The notes under the pieces are model-generated. The model ran no database searches, had not been told where the DNA came from, and was given only the letters and a program-made list of their open reading frames with translations. A program made the translations under genes and the position numbers. From a virus, in IMG/VR virus record IMGVR_UViG_2775507252_000002, positions 6,792-70,791 of that record: 64,000 nt of DNA; one strand, 5' to 3'. This document shows, one piece after another, positions 17,752 through 27,044 of this stretch; position 1 is the stretch's first letter, and each line of letters begins with the position of its first letter.

Positions 17752-18960
17752 ATGATCCCGTTGCCGCATCTGGCGGCGCGTCTATTTGGCGCGCCGCTGC
17801 TGATCCATCGCCCGAAACTTGAGGTCATCCTGGCCGTGCTGGGGCCGCGCATCGGTTTGGCGGATAGAGGAGCGACGCTACCGCCACCCGCTCTGCGCAG
17901 CCCGCCTGCCGCCAAGGCGGGCATCGCCGTCTTGCCGATCCACGGCACGTTGGTGCGGCGCACTGGCGGGCTGGAAGCCGCCTCAGGGCTGACCAGCTAC
18001 CAGGACATCGCCGCGCAGCTGGATGCGGCGATCGCCGACCCAGCGGTCGCGGCCATCGTGCTGGACATCGACTCACCCGGCGGCGAGTCCGGTGGCGTGT
18101 TCGACCTGGCCGACCGCGTGCGTGCGGCCGCACAGATCAAGCCAGTCTGGGCGCTGGCCAACGACATGGCCTACTCGGCGGCCTACGCCATCGGCTCGGC
18201 TGCCAGCCGCCTCGTGGTTACCCGGACCGCAGGCGTTGGCTCGATTGGCGTCATCGCCATGCACGCGGATCAGTCGGTGCGCGATGCCCAGGATGGCATC
18301 CGGTACACGACCGTGTTCGCCGGCGCACGCAAGAACGACCTCAACCCGCACGAGCCGATCTCGGACGAAGCCCACGCCTTGCTCAAGCGCGAGGTGGATC
18401 GGATCTACGGCCTGTTTGTCGACACCGTGGCCCGCCATCGCGGCTTGAGCACGGATGCGGTGCGCGCCACCGAAGCCGGCGTGTTCTTCGGACAGGACGC
18501 CGTCGCGGCAGGGCTGGCCGATGCCATCGGCACCTTCGACGACCTGCTGGCCGATTTGACCGCGGCACTTTCACCGCCGGCGACGCGTGCCTTCGCGCCG
18601 CCGGGACACCTTCACTCACCACGACTGGAGCATGTCATGAATGAACCCGGAACCCCTGCTGACCCTGGGCTTGGTGCTGATCCTGATCGCGCTGTTGGCG
18701 CGCATCCGCCGATGAGCATCGAGGACGCACAGGAGATCGCCGAACTGTGCGCGCTGGCGGGCTGCCCCGAGCGCATCGCCGCTTACCTCGCCGCACGCAC
18801 GCCACCCGCCCAGGTGCGCAGCCAGCTGCTGGCTGTCCGCGCCAGCGGGCAGGAGATCCACAGCCACATCGCGCCGGATGCGGCCAAGCCGAATCCCCCA
18901 TCCCTCCACGACAACCCCCTGGTGCAGGCGGCCCGCGCCCGCGCCGGCAAGGAGAAGTGA
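17752..18960 (+). CDS. S49 prohead protease (gpC-like), probably with nested scaffold
   Basis: DIDSPGG, AYSAAY, GSIGV; in-frame GGAG-ATG at 18637. Confidence 0.9.
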   Translation: MIPLPHLAARLFGAPLLIHRPKLEVILAVLGPRIGLADRGATLPPPALRSPPAAKAGIAVLPIHGTLVRRTGGLEAASGLTSYQDIAAQLDAAIADPAVAAIVLDIDSPGGESGGVFDLADRVRAAAQIKPVWALANDMAYSAAYAIGSAASRLVVTRTAGVGSIGVIAMHADQSVRDAQDGIRYTTVFAGARKNDLNPHEPISDEAHALLKREVDRIYGLFVDTVARHRGLSTDAVRATEAGVFFGQDAVAAGLADAIGTFDDLLADLTAALSPPATRAFAPPGHLHSPRLEHVMNEPGTPADPGLGADPDRAVGAHPPMSIEDAQEIAELCALAGCPERIAAYLAARTPPAQVRSQLLAVRASGQEIHSHIAPDAAKPNPPSLHDNPLVQAARARAGKEK

Positions 18961-18961
18961 C

Positions 18962-19339
18962 ATGCCCGCCATCACCGAAGGACTGAACCTGGGCGATCTT
19001 CTGAAGTACGAAGCGCCCAATCTCTATTCCCGCGACCAGGTCACGGTCGGCGCGGGCCAGAACTTGCCCCTGGGCGCGGTCGTCGGCTTGGTCACCGCCA
19101 GCGGCAAGGTCAAGAGACTCGACCCATCGGCCACCGATGGCAGCCAGGTGGCCGCCGGCGTGCTGATGCAAGCCTTGGACGCCACGCTCATCGACCGCGA
19201 GGACGGGCTGATGCTGGCCCGCCACGCCATCGTCGCCGATCACGCCCTGGCGTGGCCCGCCGCCATCACCGCCTCGGAAAAGCAGGCTGCCATCGCGCAG
19301 CTCAAGAGCCTGGGCATCCTCGTGCGCAAAGGAGTCTGA
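18962..19339 (+). CDS. Head decoration protein (gpD-like)
   Basis: Size and position between protease and capsid; ends LKSLGILVR. Confidence 0.85.
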   Translation: MPAITEGLNLGDLLKYEAPNLYSRDQVTVGAGQNLPLGAVVGLVTASGKVKRLDPSATDGSQVAAGVLMQALDATLIDREDGLMLARHAIVADHALAWPAAITASEKQAAIAQLKSLGILVRKGV

Positions 19340-19341
19340 CG

Positions 19342-20343
19342 ATGAACAACCCCTTCGAGAACCCCGCCTTCTCGATGTCGGCGCTGACCGCCGCCATCAA
19401 CATCCTGCCCAACAACTACGGCCGCCTGGAAGAGATGGGTCTGTTCCCAGCCAAGCCGGTTCGCTTTCGCTCGGTCGCCGTGGAGGAGAAGAACGGCGTG
19501 CTCACCCTGCTGCCGACGATGCCGGTGGGCTCGCCCGGCACGGTGGCCAAGCGCGGCAAGCGCAAGCTGCGCTCGTTCGGCATCCCGCACATCCCGCACG
19601 ACGACGTGGTGCTGCCCGAGGAAGTGCAGGGCATCCGCGCCTTCGGTTCGGAGACCGAGGTGCAGACCGTGGCGGCGGTGATGGCCGAGCACCTGCAGGC
19701 AATGCGCAACAAGCACGCCATCACCCTGGAGCATCTGCGCATGGGTGCCTTGAAAGGCAGCATCCTCGATGCCGACGGCACCGAGCTCTACAACCTGTTC
19801 GACTTGTTCGAGATCTCGCCCAAGGTCATCAACTTTCAGCTCGGCAACCCGGGCACCGACGTCAAGAAGAAGTGTCTCGAGCTCAAGCGCTACATGGAAA
19901 AGAACCTCATGGGCGAGCGCATGACCGGCATCCACTGCCTGGTATCCGAGGAGTTCTTCGATGCGCTGACCAGCCATGAGAAGGTCGTCGCCGCCTACGA
20001 CCGCTGGCAGGACAGCCTGGCCCTGCGCTCGGACATGCGCGCGGGCTTTACCTTCGCTGGCATCACCTTCGAGGAATATTCGGGCGAGGCCAGCGACGGC
20101 GACACCACGCGCCGCTTCATCGCCGCCGGCGAGGGCCACGCCTTCCCGCTGGGCACGGTGGACACCTTCGCCACCTACTTCGCGCCGGCCGACTTCAACG
20201 AGACGGCCAACACGCTGGGCCAGCCGCTGTACGCCAAGCAGGAGCCGCGCAAGTTCGACCGCGGCACCGACATCCACACCCAGTCCAACCCACTGCCGAT
20301 GTGCCATCGCCCGGCCGTGTTGGTGAAGGTGCTGGCGTCCTGA
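19342..20343 (+). CDS. Major capsid protein (gpE family)
   Basis: LTAAIN, TLEHLRMGALKG, QSNPLPMCHRP. Confidence 0.92.
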   Translation: MNNPFENPAFSMSALTAAINILPNNYGRLEEMGLFPAKPVRFRSVAVEEKNGVLTLLPTMPVGSPGTVAKRGKRKLRSFGIPHIPHDDVVLPEEVQGIRAFGSETEVQTVAAVMAEHLQAMRNKHAITLEHLRMGALKGSILDADGTELYNLFDLFEISPKVINFQLGNPGTDVKKKCLELKRYMEKNLMGERMTGIHCLVSEEFFDALTSHEKVVAAYDRWQDSLALRSDMRAGFTFAGITFEEYSGEASDGDTTRRFIAAGEGHAFPLGTVDTFATYFAPADFNETANTLGQPLYAKQEPRKFDRGTDIHTQSNPLPMCHRPAVLVKVLAS

Positions 20344-20621
20344 TGGACGTTGAAACGCTGTACGAAGCGGCACGCAATGCCGGACTGCTGACCGTCGTCA
20401 CGGTCGCGGGCACCACGGTGCATTGCGCCTTCCGCGCCCCGGACGAGACGGTGCTCGACGGGCTGGCACTGTCGCGGGACTATCAGATCGACTACCCGGC
20501 GTCTTGGATGACGCTGGCCGTCGGGGACACGGTCGAGGTGGCGGGCAGCAGCTATCAGGTGCGCGACGTGCGCGCCATCGGCGACGGCGCCGAGCATCGC
20601 GCCTTTCTCTCCCAGCTCTGA
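20343..20621 (+). CDS. Head-tail joining protein
   Basis: Position, size, translational coupling. Confidence 0.65.
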   Translation: MDVETLYEAARNAGLLTVVTVAGTTVHCAFRAPDETVLDGLALSRDYQIDYPASWMTLAVGDTVEVAGSSYQVRDVRAIGDGAEHRAFLSQL

Positions 20622-20631
20622 GGAATGCCCC

Positions 20632-21057
20632 ATGAACTCCATCCGCGAGCGCCTCTTGCGGGAGGTCGTCGCACGCTTGTCATCGGCGATTGCACCGATC
20701 CCGGTGCTGCGCATGCCGGCCGTGCCGGTTACCCGCGAGGCCAGTCCGGCGCTGCTGCTGTTCGTCGAGGGCGACAGCATCACGGCCCACGCCAACCATC
20801 TCGTCGACCGGCAGCTGTCTGTCCGGCTTGCCGTGGTGGCGCGCGGCGCGGATGCCTTCGACGTGGCCGACCGGCTGCTCACCGCGGCGCACGCGGCCAT
20901 GCTCGCCGACCCGAATCTGGGCGGTTTGGCCATCGCCGTGCGCGAGATCGACTGCGAATGGGAGTTCGACGAAGCCGACGCCGGGGCCGTCGCGCTGCCC
21001 GCCCGTTACGAAATCCGCTACCGCACCCACGCCCTCGACCTCACCCAAACAGGATGA
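20632..21057 (+). CDS. Probable tail terminator / completion protein
   Basis: SIRERLL...ADPNLGGLA...YEIRYRT; position. Confidence 0.6.
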   Translation: MNSIRERLLREVVARLSSAIAPIPVLRMPAVPVTREASPALLLFVEGDSITAHANHLVDRQLSVRLAVVARGADAFDVADRLLTAAHAAMLADPNLGGLAIAVREIDCEWEFDEADAGAVALPARYEIRYRTHALDLTQTG

Positions 21058-21064
21058 ACCCCTT

Positions 21065-21289
21065 ATGCCAAATCTCTCCATCGAGCTACTGAAACCCCAT
21101 ACCCACGCAGGCAAGCGCCTCGCTGTGGGTGAGCGCCTCGACATCCACGAGGCCAGCGCCCGCTGGCTGATCGCCCAGGGCGTGGCCCGGCTCGTCACGC
21201 CGGAGTCCTCGACCCCATCCCTCAAACCCTCGCGCCGTGACGGTTCCGCCGTCGGGACCCCATCCACGCACACCCCAACGGGAGACTGA
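21065..21289 (+). CDS. Small conserved phage protein
   Basis: IELLKPHTHAG...ARWLIAQGVA; fills the gap before the tail tube gene. Confidence 0.6.
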   Translation: MPNLSIELLKPHTHAGKRLAVGERLDIHEASARWLIAQGVARLVTPESSTPSLKPSRRDGSAVGTPSTHTPTGD

Positions 21290-21291
21290 CC

Positions 21292-22047
21292 ATGGCCTAC
21301 TTCTCTGGACAGGGACGCGTCTACATCGGCGCGCGCGACTCGGCCGGCAATCCGGCGGGGCTGACCTTCGTCGGCAACGTGCCGGAACTCAAGGTGTCGC
21401 TGTCGGTGGACACCATCGAGCACCAGGAGGCGCAGTCCGGCCAACGCCTGACCGACCTGCAGCTCATCAAGACCAAGAAGGGCGAGTTCGCCTGCACGCT
21501 GGAAGAACTCATCCCGGTCAACCTGGCGCTGGCGCTCTACGGGCACAGCACCCAGGTCACGCCAGGCACGGTCACCGGCGAAGCCTTGCCCAACCCGGTC
21601 ACGCCGGGGCACCTGTATCCGCTCGCGATGCAAAACGTCTCGGCGGTGCAGGTCCAGGACTCGGACCCGACCACCCCGAAGACGCTGCCGGCCAGCCAGT
21701 ACACCGTCAACGCCAAGCACGGGTCGCTGGTGATTCTGGATGCCACCACCGGCGGCCCGTACACCGAGCCCTTCACGGTGGACTACGCATTCGGCGCGGC
21801 CAGCCACACGGCCATGTTCACGCAAGCCTTGCCCGAGCGCTGGATCCGCTTCGAGGGCCTGAACACCGCCGACGCCAACCGCGAGGTGGTGATCGACCTC
21901 TATCGCGTGGCCATCAACCCGGCCAAGGAACTCTCGATCATCACGGACGAGCTGCTCAAGTTCGAACTCTCCGGCCAGGTGCTGGCCGATCTCACCAAGC
22001 CGGTCGGTGGCGATCTGGGCCAGTTCGGCCGTCTGGTGCTCTTGTAA
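21292..22047 (+). CDS. Major tail tube protein
   Basis: YFSGQGRVYIG...FVGNVPEL N-terminus; position. Confidence 0.8.
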   Translation: MAYFSGQGRVYIGARDSAGNPAGLTFVGNVPELKVSLSVDTIEHQEAQSGQRLTDLQLIKTKKGEFACTLEELIPVNLALALYGHSTQVTPGTVTGEALPNPVTPGHLYPLAMQNVSAVQVQDSDPTTPKTLPASQYTVNAKHGSLVILDATTGGPYTEPFTVDYAFGAASHTAMFTQALPERWIRFEGLNTADANREVVIDLYRVAINPAKELSIITDELLKFELSGQVLADLTKPVGGDLGQFGRLVLL

Positions 22048-22057
22048 GGAGAGGGCG

Positions 22058-22456
22058 ATGACCCACACGAGCACCGATTTCCAGACCTTCCCGCCCGCGC
22101 CCAAGGTGGTGACGGTGGCGGACACCGCAATTGAGCTCACGCCCATCCGCCTGGGGGAGTTGCCGCGCCTGCTGGCCACGGTGCGTCCCATCGCAGCCGA
22201 TCTCTCGGCCGAGCCGGACTGGTTCGACCTCTTGGCCCGGCACGGCGAGGCGGTGCTGGAGCTGCTCACGCTCGCCACCCGGCGCGAGCGGGCGTGGGTG
22301 AACGATCTGTCGCTGGAGGAGGCCGTGACGCTCGCGGCAGCAGTGTTCGAGGTGAACGCGGATTTTTTCGTGCGGCGGGTGGTGCCGGCGATCCAGGGCG
22401 CGGCGCAGCGGCTGGCACCGATGCTCTCGGCTGGGACGACGTCGTCGCCCGCCTGA
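22058..22456 (+). CDS. Tail assembly chaperone (gpG-like)
   Basis: After tail tube gene; contains T TTT TTC slippery site at 22363-22369. Confidence 0.75.
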   Translation: MTHTSTDFQTFPPAPKVVTVADTAIELTPIRLGELPRLLATVRPIAADLSAEPDWFDLLARHGEAVLELLTLATRRERAWVNDLSLEEAVTLAAAVFEVNADFFVRRVVPAIQGAAQRLAPMLSAGTTSSPA

Positions 22457-22650
22457 TCCGCGCCGGCCACCGGCTCGATGACGTGATGCGCTACACGCTG
22501 CCGCAGGCGCGGGCCTTGCTGGAGGCCGATGCACGGATCGAGCGGCAGCACCTCGCCCTGCGGCTGGCACTGCACGCGGTGGCCGCCCAGGGCGACCGGG
22601 CGGCCATCGAACGCCTGCAACGCGAGTTGTGGGAGGACGTGCGGCCATGA
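22363..22650 (+). CDS. -1 frameshift extension of tail chaperone (gpGT-like)
   Basis: The -1 frame is open from before the slippery site to 22650 and has no convincing own start. Confidence 0.7.
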   Translation, partial: FFRAAGGAGDPGRGAAAGTDALGWDDVVARLIRAGHRLDDVMRYTLPQARALLEADARIERQHLALRLALHAVAAQGDRAAIERLQRELWEDVRP

Positions 22651-23288
22651 AACTGACGCTCACCACCGAGGGACTGCTCGATCCAAGGAAGCTCTCGGCC
22701 TGGAGCGCGGAGCGTCGGCGGGCGATCCACGCGGCGGTGGCCAAGGGGATGACCTCGGGCGGCCGCGAGGTGCGCGAGGCCGCCCGCGCCCAGATGCGCA
22801 GCGCCTTCCAGGTCAGGCGCGCGAGCTTCGTCGCGTCGATGAGCGTGAAGGTGTTCGACCAAAAACCCGAACGGCTGCCCGCGCTGTGGGTGGGCAGCCG
22901 CATCCCCTGGCTGGGCATCCACACGGTGGGCGGCACGGTGGCGGGCCGGATGCTGATCCCGCTGCTGCCCAATCGCATCGGCCCCAAGCGTTTCCAGGCC
23001 GTGATCGATGGCCTGATGCGCTCGGGCAACGCCTTCTTCGTCGAGAAGAACGGGCGCGTGCTGCTGATGGCCGAGAACCTCCAGGAAAACGCCGCGCAGC
23101 TGGCCCGCTTCAAGCGCGCCGAGCGGCAGCGCAGCGGCGTCAAGCGCCTGCAGCGCGGCCAGGAGATTCCGATTGCCGTGCTGGTGCGGCGGGTGGACTT
23201 GAAGCGCCGGTTCGACCTTGGCGCTGCCGTGCAACCGGCCTTGTCGGGCTTGGCGCGGGCGATTCAACGAGAACTGGACCAGGCCTGA
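22647..23288 (+). CDS. Basic tail-region protein (DUF6441-like)
   Basis: Coupled to both neighbours by overlapping start/stop codons. Confidence 0.65.
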   Translation: MKLTLTTEGLLDPRKLSAWSAERRRAIHAAVAKGMTSGGREVREAARAQMRSAFQVRRASFVASMSVKVFDQKPERLPALWVGSRIPWLGIHTVGGTVAGRMLIPLLPNRIGPKRFQAVIDGLMRSGNAFFVEKNGRVLLMAENLQENAAQLARFKRAERQRSGVKRLQRGQEIPIAVLVRRVDLKRRFDLGAAVQPALSGLARAIQRELDQA

Positions 23289-25984
23289 TGGCAAACAACC
23301 GCGCCCAAATCCTCATCCGCGCCGTCGACGAGACGCGCGGTGCCTTCGACTCGATCAAGCGGGGCCTGGGAGGACTGGCCGATGCCGCCCGCAGCGTCAA
23401 TGGCGTGCTCGCCGGGCTCGGCGTGGCGGTGTCGGCCGCAGGCCTCGGGGCCATGGTCAAGTCGGCGCTGGAGTCGGCCGATGCCCTCAACAAGCTCTCG
23501 CAGCGCGTGGGCATCACGGTGGAGTCGCTGTCCACCCTGGTGCCGGCGGCCGAACTCTCCGGTGTCTCGGCGCAGACCTTCGAGACGGGGCTCAAGAAGC
23601 TGGCCACCGCGATGCTCGAGGCGGCCACGGGCTCTGAGGAGTCCGCCCGGCGTTTTGCGGCGCTCGGCGTGGCGTTCCAGGACCAGGACGGCACGCTGCG
23701 CGCGACCGATGCGGTGCTGCTCGATCTGGCCGATCGTTTCAAGGCCATGCCCGACGGGGCGCAGAAGTCGGCGCTGGCGGTGCAACTGTTCGGCAAGAGC
23801 GGCGCCGAGCTCATCCCCTTCCTGAACCAGGGACGCGAGGGCATCGCGGCATTGACCGGCGAGATGCAAGCGCTGGGCGTGCAGATCGGCGGGCAAACGG
23901 CTGCGCAGGCCGAAGCCTTCAACGATGCTTTGGCCAAGGTCAAGCTCGCCACCACCAGCATCGCCAACCGGGTGATCGAGGCCTTCCTGCCGGCGATGAA
24001 CGACATGGCTGCCGGCATGGTCGAGTCGGCCAAGCAGGGCGGCGCCTTGCGCGCGATCCTGGACGGCATCGTGCTGGCGCTCAAGACCCTGGCGCTGGGG
24101 GCGGCCACGGTCGGCAAGGCCTTCATCGCCTTGGGCGAGGCGATCGGCGCGGGCATGGCCGCCGCAGTCGAGGCCCTGCGCGGCAATACCGCCGGGGCCA
24201 AGGCCATCATCGCCGAACTCAAGGGCAGCTTCGTGCGGCGGCTGGACGAACTGGCCGAGTTCCGGGACAGCCTGTTCGACCCCAAGCCCATCGCGGTCCA
24301 GGCGCCCAAGGTGCAGGCCGACCCGGCGCTGTTGCAGCGGCTCACGGCTCCGGGCAAGACCCGCGACACCGCGAGCGCTCAGGCTGCGTTGCTGAAGGCC
24401 AGGCTCGATGCCGAGTTCGCCCTGCTCAAAGACGGCCTCGAACGCCAGCAGCGCGCGCTCGATGCCGCCCTCGAAGACCGGCTCATCTCCATCCGCGACT
24501 ACCACGCGCAGAAAACCGCCCTCGAGCAGCAGGAGCTCGACGCCGAGATCGCCCGCACGCAGCAGGCGCTGGCGCGCAGCCGGCAGGTGGCGGCTGGCGG
24601 CAAAAGCGAGGAGGAGCGCCTGCGCGCCAAAGCGGAGATCGCCAAGCTCGAGGCCGACCTCATCGTCCTCAACGACCGCCGCGCCGACATCGAGCTCACC
24701 AACGCCCGTGCCGCCGCCCGGGCCGAGCGCGAACTGGCCGAGGCGCTGGCCGCCGCGCGCGAGGAGCTGGCCAGACTCACCGGCACCGACACGGCGCAAG
24801 ACCGGCGCGCCGCGATCGAGCGCAGCTACCGCGACCTGCGCGCGCGTCTGCTGGCCGAGAGCGATGTGGGTGGCGTGGCGATCATCGACCGCCTGATCGA
24901 CGTGAAGGCCGCGCAGGCCAATCTCGATGCGATCGAAGCACAGTGGCGGCAGGTCACCGAGCGCTTGCGCAATGCGCAGGAGGGCCTCCAGATCCAGCAG
25001 CAGGCGGGGCTGCTCACCGAGCGGCAGGCGCGCGAGCAGCTCGTGGCCGTGCAGCGCGAGTCTGCGGACGAGATGGCGCGCCTGCTGCCGGCGATGGAGC
25101 AGGCCGCGCAGGCCATCGGGCCGGAAGCCGTGCTGCGCGTGCAGACCTGGCGCAACGAGATCGAGCGCACGCGGCTGGTGACGGATGAGCTGGCCCCGGT
25201 ATGGAACCGCATCGGCGAGGCGTTCGGGCAGGCCGTGCAGGGGATCGTCAGCGGCGCGCAGAGTCTGCGCGAGGCGCTCTCGAACATCTTCCGCAGCATC
25301 GCGGATGCCTTCCTGCAAGAGATGGTGCTCAAGCCCTTCCAGCAGTGGGTGGCGATGCAAGCGCGCATGCTCGCCATGAAGCTGGGCTTCATGCAGCAGG
25401 AGCAGGCCGCCGAGACCGCTGCCGCCGCGCAGTCGGTGGCCACTAAGCAGGCCGAGACCGCCGCCAAGGTCAGCGCCAACGCCGCCGAGGCTGGCGCCGG
25501 CGCGGCGGCCTCGCAAGCGGCGATTCCGGTGGTTGGCCCGGGGCTGGCCATCGCCGCGATGGCCGCGATGGTGGCCGCGGTAATGGCGCTCTTGGGCAAC
25601 ATCAAGAAGTTCGCCGCCGGCGGCTACGTCACCGGGCCGGGGACCGGCACGAGCGACTCGATTCCGGCGCGGCTGTCGGCTGGCGAGTACGTCGTGCGGG
25701 CCCATGCCGTGCGGCGGGTGGGCGTCGCGTTTCTCGATGCGATCAACGGCGGGGTCGCGCCGCCGCGCGTCATCGGGCGCGAACTGGCCTTCGCCGCCGG
25801 GGGTCTCGTGCCGCAGGTGAACCTGCCGCCCGCGCAGCCGCAGGTCGCTCATTCCGTGCGCATCGTCAACGCCATCGACCCGGGCGTCACCCACGACCAC
25901 CTGCAAACGCCCGCCGGCGAGCGGGTGATCCTCAACATCATCGGCAGGAACGCCCGGGCGGTCCGTGCCGCCTTGCAAGGATGA
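23288..25984 (+). CDS. Tail tape measure protein
   Basis: Long Ala-rich helical ORF, ALAVQLFGKSG, FAAGGYVTGPGTGTSDSIPARLSAGEYV. Confidence 0.92.
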   Translation: MANNRAQILIRAVDETRGAFDSIKRGLGGLADAARSVNGVLAGLGVAVSAAGLGAMVKSALESADALNKLSQRVGITVESLSTLVPAAELSGVSAQTFETGLKKLATAMLEAATGSEESARRFAALGVAFQDQDGTLRATDAVLLDLADRFKAMPDGAQKSALAVQLFGKSGAELIPFLNQGREGIAALTGEMQALGVQIGGQTAAQAEAFNDALAKVKLATTSIANRVIEAFLPAMNDMAAGMVESAKQGGALRAILDGIVLALKTLALGAATVGKAFIALGEAIGAGMAAAVEALRGNTAGAKAIIAELKGSFVRRLDELAEFRDSLFDPKPIAVQAPKVQADPALLQRLTAPGKTRDTASAQAALLKARLDAEFALLKDGLERQQRALDAALEDRLISIRDYHAQKTALEQQELDAEIARTQQALARSRQVAAGGKSEEERLRAKAEIAKLEADLIVLNDRRADIELTNARAAARAERELAEALAAAREELARLTGTDTAQDRRAAIERSYRDLRARLLAESDVGGVAIIDRLIDVKAAQANLDAIEAQWRQVTERLRNAQEGLQIQQQAGLLTERQAREQLVAVQRESADEMARLLPAMEQAAQAIGPEAVLRVQTWRNEIERTRLVTDELAPVWNRIGEAFGQAVQGIVSGAQSLREALSNIFRSIADAFLQEMVLKPFQQWVAMQARMLAMKLGFMQQEQAAETAAAAQSVATKQAETAAKVSANAAEAGAGAAASQAAIPVVGPGLAIAAMAAMVAAVMALLGNIKKFAAGGYVTGPGTGTSDSIPARLSAGEYVVRAHAVRRVGVAFLDAINGGVAPPRVIGRELAFAAGGLVPQVNLPPAQPQVAHSVRIVNAIDPGVTHDHLQTPAGERVILNIIGRNARAVRAALQG

Positions 25985-25988
25985 CCTC

Positions 25989-27044
25989 ATGGCCCTGATC
26001 TTCATCGACGGTTTCGATCACTACGACCCGCAGGCACTCGACCCCTTCGGCGATCCGTGGCTGGCGCGCGGCAAGGCGGCGTACCTGTCGCCGCAGGCCA
26101 CGCGCATCCAGGGCCGACGACCCTCGTCCTACGCCCTGCGCTTGCCGGCGGGCGCGGGCGGCGGCTACGTCAAGAACCTGGAGGCCGGGCGCACCAGCCT
26201 CATCGTGGGTGCGGCGCTGCGCGTGGCGCCGTTCGAGAACACCAGCGTCGAGCCGGTGCTGCTGGGCGTGCGCGATACATCCGCGCAGGTGGCGCACCTG
26301 GTCAAGTTCGGCGAGGACGGTCGGCTCAAGCTCTACCGTTGGCAGTATGGCTACGACCAGTTGCTCTCGACCTCGATCGTCACCGCGCCGGCACGCGGCT
26401 GGCACTACGTCGAACTGAAGATCGTGCAGGGCACGAGCAACGGCACGCTCGACGTGCGCGTCAATGGGATGCTCGCCATCCAGCTCACCGCGCAAAACAC
26501 CATCCAAGGCGGAGGGCCGTTGCTCACCGCCTTCGTCGGCACCGTGCCAGGCCAGCCTTGCCCCATCACGGTGGACGTGGACGATCTCTACCTCGCCGAC
26601 ACCTCGGGCACGCTCAACACCACCTTCCTCGGTGACGTGCGTGTCGATGCGCTCCCGGCCCAGGCCGACGGGGCACTCAAACAGTGGGCGGTCGAAGGCG
26701 CGGCATCGGCCTGGCAGGCGGTCAGCGACGGCGATGAGGCAAGCCACATCCGCGCCAACGCCGCCGGCCTGCGCCAGAGCTTCGATGTCGCGCCGCTGCC
26801 GGCCATAAGCAGCCCCGCCATCCACGGCGTGCAGGTGACGCTGCTGGCCCGCAAGACCGACGCCGGTCTGGGCAAGGTCAAGGGGCTGGTGGTCAGTGGC
26901 GCGCAGAGCGCCGTCAGCACCGACATCGTCCTGCAAGAGCAGCTGGCCTGGCACACCGCGCTCATCGAGCGCAACCCGAACGGCAACGTCCAGTGGACGG
27001 AAGCCGCCTTCAACGCCGCCGAGTTCGGCGTGGAGTCGGCATGA
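25989..27044 (+). CDS. Tail-associated protein, possibly lectin/LamG-like
   Basis: ALIFIDGFDHY start, WHYVELK, DDLYLAD; follows tape measure. Confidence 0.6.
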   Translation: MALIFIDGFDHYDPQALDPFGDPWLARGKAAYLSPQATRIQGRRPSSYALRLPAGAGGGYVKNLEAGRTSLIVGAALRVAPFENTSVEPVLLGVRDTSAQVAHLVKFGEDGRLKLYRWQYGYDQLLSTSIVTAPARGWHYVELKIVQGTSNGTLDVRVNGMLAIQLTAQNTIQGGGPLLTAFVGTVPGQPCPITVDVDDLYLADTSGTLNTTFLGDVRVDALPAQADGALKQWAVEGAASAWQAVSDGDEASHIRANAAGLRQSFDVAPLPAISSPAIHGVQVTLLARKTDAGLGKVKGLVVSGAQSAVSTDIVLQEQLAWHTALIERNPNGNVQWTEAAFNAAEFGVESA

